DNA of 64,000 nt from Bacteroidales bacterium. GTDB taxonomy: Bacteria > Bacteroidota > Bacteroidia > Bacteroidales > UBA1715. Of the stretch, positions 53,601 through 61,500 are shown one piece after another. The stretch covers positions 47,934 to 111,933 of the forward strand of contig JAITUU010000018.1 of NCBI GenBank assembly GCA_031286165.1. The letters run 5' to 3'. The notes under the pieces were generated by a model that did not search any database, was not told the DNA's origin, and worked only from the letters and a program-made list of their open reading frames with translations. The first letter of the stretch is position 1. Each line of letters opens with the position of its first letter. The position numbers and the translations under genes were made by a program.

Positions 53601-54908
53601 TCGCTCATAGAAACACTCAAACTGCAAAACGAAAAACACAGCACGCCGGCTACCATTCAGCGCACGCCGGTATTTACCAAAAACGATACCAAACGACACA
53701 TTATAGGTCCTTTCTTTACGCGCTTTCATTCGCCGTTTATAGCCCCTGCCTTTGAATTGATGGGATACAGCATGGAAAGTTTACCACCGAGCAATAAAGA
53801 ATCGGTGGAATTGGGCTTGCAGTATGCCAACAACGAAGTGTGCTACCCTGCTACCCTTGTGGTGGGCGATATTATTAAATATTTGCAACAAACCGATAGG
53901 AATTTAGACGATGTAGCAGTGGTAATGACCCAAACTGGCGGACAATGCCGCGCCTCAAATTATCTTTCGCTCATTCGCAAAGCAATATTACACGCCGGCA
54001 TTACCAATGTACCCGTAATTTCGCTTGCTACGGCAGGCGATAAAGCACTGAACGAACAGCCGGGTTTTGAATTAGAATACAAAAAAATTATCAATATTAT
54101 ACTCGCCGGCATGATTTTCGGCGATATAATTTCGCGAATGCACCACGCCACCATAGTGCGCGAAAAAGAAGCGGGAGCCACCGAAAAACTCACGCAATCG
54201 TACATAGATACCGCTGTGGAACTCGCACGGCACAATAATCACAAAGAAATTCTCGAACTGCTCCGCCGCGCTGTGAACGACTACAACGCGCTGGCAATGG
54301 ACAACTGCCCGCGTCCGCAAATAGGCATAGTGGGTGAAATTTTCTTGAAATTCAACCCATACGCCAATATGTACGTAGGCGATTGGTTGATTTCGCAAGG
54401 AGTGGAACCGCGCTTTCCCGATTTGACGGACTTTTTTACCCAAGAATTTGTGAACCTGAAAACCAATGTGGAAAATAATTTGAGCACCATGGGCTGGGGC
54501 ACGCAGTTTATTATCAATCTATTTGAACAAAAAATTGGGAAATTCGCACAAAAAGCCGAAAAAATCGCTGCGAATTTCAAATACTATCGCCCCAAACACT
54601 CTATTTACGATGAGGCGAAAAATGCCGAACAAGTCATAGATTTGGTAAATCAATTCGGCGAAGGCTGGCTTATTCCTGCCGAAATTATCAGTTTTGCCAA
54701 AGAAGGCGTGAACAATGTGGTGAGCCTGCAACCCTTCGGCTGCATAGCCAATCACATAGTGAGCAAAGGTATAGAGAAAAACATTAAAACGCTGTACCCA
54801 AACACCAACCTGCTCTTCCTCGATTTTGACGGCGGCACCAGCGAAGTAAACATTTTCAACCGCCTGCACTTTTTGGTGCAAAATGCTAAAAACGAGGTTA
54901 GTTGTTAG
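50658..54908 (+). CDS. CoA-substrate-specific enzyme activase fusion (two BcrAD/BadFG-type ATPase domains plus a large DUF2229-like C-terminal region)
   Basis: MNIGIDIGSTTAKAVV and FLGIDSGSTTTKVVLL phosphate-1 motifs start two acetate/sugar-kinase-fold ATPase domains (HgdC/YjiL-like). This is followed by a Cys motif CKGCSNNCIITRC and the ICFPAKIAHGHI block typical of the uncharacterised activase-associated domain. 1416 aa. Confidence 0.8.
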   Translation: MNIGIDIGSTTAKAVVTNDTGDIIFSVYKRHKALIVESLLDILRSIRAEFPQTQDFRICFTGSAGMGVAEQHAFPFVQEVIAASEVIQTYYPATKTLIDIGGEDAKIIFYEADKAPDIRMNGSCAGGTGAFIDQIASLLNIETSELHELAAQSTQLYTIASRCGVFAKTDVQNLIARKVPIADIAASAFYAVSLQVINALSRGVDIQPQVLFIGGPLTYIPALRHTLQKQLHCSNEEAILPKNSHVFPAWGAAIEAQKHSAFSLEHILACVQKSSNSIAKNRLAPLFQSAEDFAQWKRTQNILPVPAHAEPAKQEHINVFLGIDSGSTTTKVVLLNAKGELIASHYDTNKGNPIQAAITGLEQCVTSLNCTKITILRSAVTGYGEDLLKAAFSIDESIVETIAHTTAAQKIAPNVSFIMDIGGQDMKAIYIKNGAIQSIEINEACSSGCGSFIQNFAHTLSHTAAEFGELACTAKNPCDLGSRCTVFMNSQVKQALREGAEVSEISAGLAYSVIKNALFKVLQIKNMDVLGDTIIVQGGTFKNPAIFRAMEILTGKTIARSDKPELMGALGAAYYAHMRYEQNPQASRTLPYEERHKAAQYSSKQITCKGCSNNCIITRCTFSGNATHYSGNKCEKIFSSKGQTVERGENLFEYKYDILFNRVQKPYVPSIGVTIGIPRILGMYANYPFWNTLLTHCGIRIVLSDESTTETFEKGQGTIMADNICFPAKIAHGHILNLAEKEIDRIFYPLVIYEENEHAEAKNSFNCPIVSSYSEVLQSAIPAEKRNNIPLDKPVISFRDEALLKRGCWRYLKSLGVRKDDFRTAFKAALAEQKNYREQYRLKGFRIMERAKLDGKPIIMLASRPYHIDPLVHQKTSDILCELGASVVSEEVMTQIPGISLTNYLHVAQWNYPNRILKAAQWALHNQDYNISFVQLNSFGCGPDSFISDELKELFDASQASYTFIRVDEINSTGSVRLRLRSLIETLKLQNEKHSTPATIQRTPVFTKNDTKRHIIGPFFTRFHSPFIAPAFELMGYSMESLPPSNKESVELGLQYANNEVCYPATLVVGDIIKYLQQTDRNLDDVAVVMTQTGGQCRASNYLSLIRKAILHAGITNVPVISLATAGDKALNEQPGFELEYKKIINIILAGMIFGDIISRMHHATIVREKEAGATEKLTQSYIDTAVELARHNNHKEILELLRRAVNDYNALAMDNCPRPQIGIVGEIFLKFNPYANMYVGDWLISQGVEPRFPDLTDFFTQEFVNLKTNVENNLSTMGWGTQFIINLFEQKIGKFAQKAEKIAANFKYYRPKHSIYDEAKNAEQVIDLVNQFGEGWLIPAEIISFAKEGVNNVVSLQPFGCIANHIVSKGIEKNIKTLYPNTNLLFLDFDGGTSEVNIFNRLHFLVQNAKNEVSC

Positions 54909-54929
54909 TTGTTAGGGATTAGTTATTAG
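54898..54929. repeat. tandem heptamer array TTAGTTG TTAGTTG TTAGGGA TTAGTTA TTAG
   Basis: Read directly from the sequence. The array overlaps the last codons (V-S-C) and supplies the TAG stop (54906-54908) of the activase gene. It lies between convergent genes. Confidence 0.75.
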
Positions 54930-54934
54930 AACAT

Positions 54935-55261
54935 TCACTTGATAGTGATGTGGTTGCTCATGATTCGTTTTATGAGAATAGAACCGTTGCTGCGAAGATT
55001 GTATATAATATACCACGTAGTTCGTTTATTCCGCTTATACGCTTTTACATAGTGCCCATATTTTTTGTGTACTTCGTACACGGGTTGTTTGTGTGTGGTA
55101 GCCGTAGCAAGCAGTGCGCACTCATTTTGCAAGGAGTAAAAATACTGTAACACTTCGTCATACGTAAGCGTGGGTTCGTTTGCGTGCGTTGCCGACCATT
55201 GCAATAATGCCTTGAATAGCATACGCAGGTCTATGAGTGCTCGTTTACTGTAATATACCAT
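54935..55261 (-). CDS. RelE/ParE-superfamily toxin-like protein
   Basis: Start set at ATG 55261 (MVYYSKRALIDLRMLFKAL...). N-terminal Y.S..A..DL and C-terminal TTWYIIYNL..NGSILIKRIMSNH follow the ParE pattern. The track start is a GTG 9 nt upstream. Confidence 0.5.
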   Translation of the reverse strand: MVYYSKRALIDLRMLFKALLQWSATHANEPTLTYDEVLQYFYSLQNECALLATATTHKQPVYEVHKKYGHYVKAYKRNKRTTWYIIYNLRSNGSILIKRIMSNHITIK

Positions 55262-55400
55262 ATTCCGCACATAGTTTATCTATATCGTGCTTTGCGGCAG
55301 TCCAAAATTCACTATGAGAAAGATAGCCGCGCTGACTTTTATTGTTTGTGCGCACCGTTGTTTTCTTAATCGGTTGCACTTTTTTTATCGCTACTGCCAT
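55245..55400 (-). CDS. 51-aa candidate antitoxin (not in ORF track)
   Basis: Manual translation: MAVAIKKVQPIKKTTVRTNNKSQRGYLSHSEFWTAAKHDIDKLCAEYGILQ*. It overlaps the toxin-like ORF start by 17 nt and is preceded by a -7 box 23 nt upstream. Confidence 0.4.
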   Translation of the reverse strand: MAVAIKKVQPIKKTTVRTNNKSQRGYLSHSEFWTAAKHDIDKLCAEYGILQ

Positions 55401-55423
55401 GTATATCATATTTTAGGTTCATG

Positions 55424-55431
55424 CAAATATA
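55424..55431 (-). promoter_or_regulatory. candidate -7 promoter box for the TA-like pair
   Basis: Plus-strand caaatata is TATATTTG on the minus strand, 23 nt upstream of ATG 55400. Confidence 0.45.
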
Positions 55432-55463
55432 ACGGTTTTTACTGCAAAAAATGTATTTTCTAC

Positions 55464-55506
55464 AAAAAAAAAGAGGCTGTTCTCGGTGAGAACAGCCTCT
55501 TTTTTA
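55464..55506 (-). terminator. rho-independent terminator of the FIVAR-repeat giant gene
   Basis: agaggctgttctc (55472-55484) is complementary to gagaacagcctct (55488-55500), flanked by an A-run (a T-run on the minus strand) and a T-run. Confidence 0.85.
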
Positions 55507-55519
55507 CATTACTTCTTTT

Positions 55520-58500
55520 TTATTGTTTGATAATAGATTGTGTTTCCACAGTTCCATCTTCAAAGGTTACACGTACTACGTAAGTGCCTTGTGCAAGCGT
55601 TGCTACATTGATAACCGCTTGGTTGCTATTTGGTGTTTCCACCGCTACCACTGCGCCGCGAGTAGATACTACGGTAATCGTGCGGATTGCTTTACCTGCG
55701 CTCACGGTTACTTGCGAAGTTGCAAGCGTTGGATACACGCGGAGTGCTGCTGCATCTACTTCATCTATATCGGTACATTCGCCGGTATATGAACCTAAGA
55801 AGGTATCGAATTTTGCTTGCAAACTATTGAATATATTATCTATATCAGTTTGGTTTTTCGCTTTGTTGTGGTCGGCTTTCGCTGATTCAAGTGCATTTAC
55901 AATGGCTGTTCTCGCTGAATATGGATAGCCTGGACCAATGCTGCAATTTACAAATACTGCGCCATTATTAATTTCACTTTGTACTTGTGCAAAGAGCATG
56001 CGAAGCATTTGGTCGTTTCCTGCTGAAATTTTCGCATTGTTATATGCTTGAATTGCATCTTGCAACACATCATAAGCATTGGTAAGTTGGCTTTGCTCGG
56101 TTGCGCTTGCAAGTACCGCTTCTGCTGCTTTAATAGCATTGGTAAGTGCAGTAACAGCCTCTTGCGGATAGTTACCATTGCTTGTTCCAATGTTGTTGTT
56201 CGATAGTTTCAATGCTTTGTTTGCATTGGCTATTGCTGCTTCAAGCGGACCTTTTTCAAGGCTTACCGTAGAGTTCAAGAATAGGTCGCGAGCATCTTTC
56301 AGGTCTATCACTGCTTGGTCAACTTCTTCTTGGGTAGCATCTTCGTTATTTTTCACAAGGGTAGCATCGAGCATTGCAGTTAGCAAAATTGCTTTTGAAC
56401 CGTTTTTATAGTTGCCACCTTGATTTTGCTCTTTCGCGCTACCATATAGTGCGGTAACTTGGTCTATGAGCAGATACAAATCGGTTTTGATAACGTTTGA
56501 GCCGGGTATTTGCGCTGCACTGAAAGCATCGACTGCATCTTGCAATGCTTTGGTAGCATTATCCACTATTTCTTGCGTAAGTTGCGGATGTCCTTTTGCT
56601 GTTTGTGCAGCACCTATGGCATCACGAAGAGCATCTTTTGCTTCTTGCGGATATTGGAAAGGTTTATCACCGGGTTGAGCAATACTGTGTATGTCATTGG
56701 CTTGTTTTATCAAGTTTTCAAGCGCAGTGCTGTTTACAAGTATTTGTTTTGCTTGGAAGTCTTTCACTGCTTGGTCTAAGTCGGCTTTCGCTTTGTTTAT
56801 ATCTGCTTGGCTTGAACCTGCTGCATTAAGTACTATTTCTGCTATACGAATGGCATCTCTCAAATCCGATTTTGAACCATAGGGGTAGCGTTCGTGGTGT
56901 TCGCCTTCTATTGCATTGTCATAAGCATCGTTTGCCGCATTGATAGATGCTTGGAGGGCACCGGTAGAAACACTTTGTTTCGATTGCTCGAAAGTGCTTA
57001 TAGCAGAGAGCAACGCCTGAGTTCTTGCAGTTACATTCGCAGCCGTAGAATTTGATTTATCGTATTCTGCTTGTGCTGCATCTACCGCATCTTTCAATGC
57101 CAAGAATGCCGATTCGGGGTATTGGTTGTTACCATTTCCTTGCGGAGAGTTGAGCAACAAAGCGTTTGCCGTGTTCAATGCTGCAAGAAGAGCGTCTTTG
57201 TTCACCACTATTTTTGCATTATTTACGTCTGTTATAGCCTTCGCCAAATCAATAACCGCTTGGTCTATTTGTGCTTGGGTAGCAGTAGTGCTTGCAAGCG
57301 TTCCTTGTGCAGAGGTTATTGCATTGTTGAAAATAGTAACAGCCGATTGTGGGTATTCTCCGTTTCCGCTGCCCACTTTCACGTCATCTTTCAAAGCAAG
57401 TGCTTCGGCAATTTTATCGCGGAGTGCTTTGCGGTCTATGGTTACTTTTCTGCTGTTGAAGAGAGCAATAGCATTGTTGAGAGCAGTAACTTCGGCATCA
57501 ATAGCAGCTTGAAGCGCAGAAGGATTATTCAAAGTAGTAGTAGCATAACCCACTGCATTTTGCAATGCTTGTATAGCACCGGCAGCGTATTGACCGAAGT
57601 CTTCGCCTTCTTGCGGATTGCTTGCAAGAAGTCCGTTTGCAATGTTAATAGCGGCTTGCAATTCACTTCTGTCTATGCTGTTGGTGCTTGCATTTACCCA
57701 ATTAGTAACTGCTTGATTCAGTGCTGCAAGGGCGGCATTTACTTCGGCTGTGGTTGCTTGCGGATTGGTATTTACCACAGTAGCATCTTCAATTGCTTTT
57801 GCAAGTGCTGTACCTATTGCTACCGGTTTTTGACCGTCAAGTTCTCCGTAAGTAACAGAATTGTATTTCTCGTTTGCTCCGGTAAGTGCATCGGCTAAGG
57901 CAGTTTTGTCCACCACTTCGGGAGTAAAGGCGTCCATTACCGATTGAAGGGTCAATCCTGCTGCTACCAAATCGCTTTGTGTAGAAGCAGCGGCATCGGC
58001 TACTGCTTGTGCATCGGCTATGGCATTGGTAAGAGCGGTAATTTTGCTTTGCAAATAGAATCCGTTTCCGGTACCCGGTTTCACAGCAGGGTCGGTAAGT
58101 TTGGCTTGTGCTTGGGCAATTTTTGCGAGTAAGGCATCTATTGCGGCTTGCAAGTCAATTTTTTTACCGTTGAAAATACCGATAGCACTTTCCAAATTGC
58201 TTATGGCAGTTGCTATGTCATCGCCATCGGCACCTGCATTATCTACCACTGCTTGTGCAGTGTTGATTGCGGTTTTGAAGGTTGATTTTGAACCACTTTC
58301 GTAGCAACCGTTGGCAGAGCATTGGTCGTTTGCTGCATCGTGAAGTCCGTTTGCTTGTGCAATTAAGTCTATCAAGGCTGTTTTGCTTACCACATTGGGT
58401 ACAAAGGCTTCAATTGCGGCATTGATGGCTGCCGTGCGGGCATCTACTTGTGCTTGGGTAGCAAGGTCATCGGCATTGGTGGTTTTACCATTGCTTATGG

Positions 58501-61500
58501 CACTTGCAAGTGCATCGTACACAGCGGCTTTGTATTGACCATCGCCATTACCTTTCACTTTTCCTGCTATGGCTGCTTCGCCGGCAGTAATTGCTGCTGC
58601 AAGGGCATCTTTGTCTATCACCACTACGTTCACAGTTTTGTTGAAATCGCTCACTGCTTTATCAAGATTGTTGATAGCGGTGGTAATTTCGCTTTGCGAG
58701 GTAGCGTTGTCGAGTGCATTTTGTGCTGCATTGATTGCTGCTTGTAAGTCATCGGCTGCTTGTTGCGGGTGTTGTCCGCCTTCGGCGCCTACTTCACCTG
58801 CTGCTTTGGCATCGTCGAGCACTTTTTGTGCTGCTGTTATGGCATCGTCAAGTGGTTGGGCGTTCATACCGTTCACTGCGTTCATGTACAAAGTACGAGC
58901 GGCGTCAAGTGCTGCGGCTGCGCTAAGAACATCGGCATTTTTGCTAACGGTAGTAAGTACTGCTTTGGCAGTATTGATAGCAGTTTGGAAATCAGCGCGT
59001 GCTTGGGCAGGGTAGCTTCCTGTTTCTGTACCTTCGGTAGTAGAAGCATAGAGTGCTTCGGCAGTGCTAATTGCGTTTTCAAGTGCCGTTTTCACAAGTG
59101 CATTTGCGCGAGTTTTGAAGAGGTCGATTGCTTCGTTCAAATCTGCGGCTGCGGCAGTTGCTTGGTCGCTTGTAAGCGTTGCGCTATTTTTCACTCCTTG
59201 TGCGCTTGCAAGTGCTCCTTCGAGTGCTGTTTTTGCAGATGCGGGGTATTCGCCTGCTTCATCACCATAGGTAGATGCTGCTATGAGTGCAGTAGCATCA
59301 CTGATTGCTTTGTCTAAGGCTTGAGTATCTACCGAAATTACGCTTGCTTTGAAGTCGCTCACGGCTTTGTTCAAGGCTGCAACTGCATCGGCTACGTCTT
59401 GTGCCGAAAGGTTGTTTTCAGTTGATTTGGTAACTGCTGCTTGTATTGCAGTGTTCAATTTCGATTTTTCGGCAGCAGGGTAAGAACCGTTGGTTCCGTC
59501 TGTTATTGCAGCGCTGTAAACCGCTTCTGCTGCTTTAATGGCATCGGTAAGTGGAGTTATGCTCACGCTTACTTTTGCATCGTTGAAGGTTTGCGTAGCA
59601 GTGGCAAGTGCTGCTGCGGCTGCATCTACTTCGCTTTGTAGAGCACATTTATTGCTGCTTACTGCTTGCGCATCGGCTATTTTTGCAGAGTAGATTGCTT
59701 TTGAACCTGCGGCATATTGTCCGTTTGCCGAACCTTCTACTGCATTGCCATGCGCTACTATTGCACTTGCAATGTCAGCGTTCAGTACAGTTTTAGTTAC
59801 GCTTGCAAGCGATGCTGCTTCAAAATCAGCAAGAGCGGCAGTGAGCGCATTGCTTGCTGCTGTTACGGCTGCTTGGGTAGTTGCAGTTTTTGCTGTATTC
59901 GCGGCAGTGTAGGCTGCTACAAGTGCCATTGTTTCGGCATCTTTATATGTACCGCCTTGTGCACACGAATTAGTTGCTACGGCTTTGTTTGCAGCAAGTG
60001 CTATGGCGGCATTCAAGGCTGAGTAATCCACATCGGCTACTTTTGCATCGTCAAAGCTTTGCGTAGCAGTAGCGAGGTCGGCTATGGCAGTAGTAATGTC
60101 GGCTTTTGTTTTACATTTGTTGCTTACAAATGTTTGTGCCGTAGTAATTGCTGCCAAGTAATTTGCTTTTGCCGGTGCAGGGTATTGACCTGCATTGCTT
60201 CCCTCTACGGCAGCACCATGTTTTGTAGTGGCAGTAGCAATAGCGGCAGTCAATAAACTTTCGTTGCTGCGGTCTATTTTAGTGCCTTCAAATGTTGTAA
60301 GTGCGGTATTGAGAGCCGTAGTGGCAGCACCGGTAAGTGCTGCAGTGGCGGCATCTACTTCGGCTTGAGTAGCGGCAGTGCGTGCTGCTTTTGCAGTAGT
60401 AATAGCAGTATTGAATTGACTTACTGCACTCGCAAGGGCTGCTACACCTGCTTCGGTGTATTGTCCGCCGTTTGCGCACGAGTTAGTACCTGCTGCTTTG
60501 GTAAGTGCACTACCATAGGCATTTTCTGCGGTAGATATGGCAGCATTGAGCGCGGCAATATCCGGTGCGGGAGCACCCTGCACTTCGGCAGTGAAGGTGG
60601 TAAGGTGTAAGTGAGTTACATTACCGCTTGGGTTCATATCTATCAAATAAATTGCTTGCGAGCACGCGCCGGTGCCTATTTTAGAGGCTATTACTTCTAC
60701 ATCGAATTCATAACTGAATGGCACGCCGGCTGTAATAGGTCCGAGTACTACGTCCCAATCACTTAGTTCGTTCCAATACCCACCGGCAGCAGTAGCATCT
60801 ATGAGCACTACAAAAAGGTCGCTTATGTTTTCTTCCGCAGTTCCTTCTATTACAAAGTGTACTTTATCGCCTTCTTTTACCTCAGGGGTATCGGCAAGCA
60901 CATCGCAAATTTTCTTTTGAAGTCCGTTTTCGCTTACTTCGTCGAGTTTCAGTACACCTTCTTCGTTTTTCTCATACGCCACAGTATATTGGTCAAAATT
61001 TGTACCGTCTGTGAGTTTAAGATACACGCTGTTCACACCGGCACCTACTATGCTACCGTCGAAGAATACTTTGAAGGCTCCTGCCGGAGCGGCTTCGCTT
61101 ATGGTAAGTGTTTTGGTGAAACTAAATGGAACATTGGCAGCAATATTACCAAATATTTGGTAGTCTGATTTTTCCACATAGCCATCGTTTCTGTCATCGG
61201 CTATTACTGCTTGGAAATTGCTAATGGCATATTTCGATGTTCCTGCTATGGTTATGGTTACTTTATCGCCTTTGCCAAGCGATAAGCCGTTCAAACCATT
61301 CGGCACGTTTTTGTTTTGATATACATTCGGGTCGTTCCAAGCGTTGTGAGTAAGTTCCAAACCTACTTCTTTGAATTGGAAACATACGCCGTCTATTTGT
61401 ACTTCATCTATGGCAAAACTACCAACATCGCCTACGGCACCTTCTTTTTGCCATTGGAATTCTATCAAAAGACTTGGGTCGAAACCACCGGCAAGCGGTG

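Noticed and set aside
7901-54929. Possibility that the short tandem arrays are CRISPR arrays or mini-CRISPRs
   Set aside because: Units are only 7-8 nt, contiguous with no spacers, and degenerate. No direct repeats of 24-48 nt separated by unique spacers, and no cas genes, were seen anywhere in the window.
55287-55583. 98-aa plus-strand ORF between the TA-like pair and the giant gene
   Set aside because: It runs antisense through the candidate antitoxin ORF, the -7 box, the terminator hairpin and into the giant gene's stop. Its product is Cys/Phe-rich with no features.
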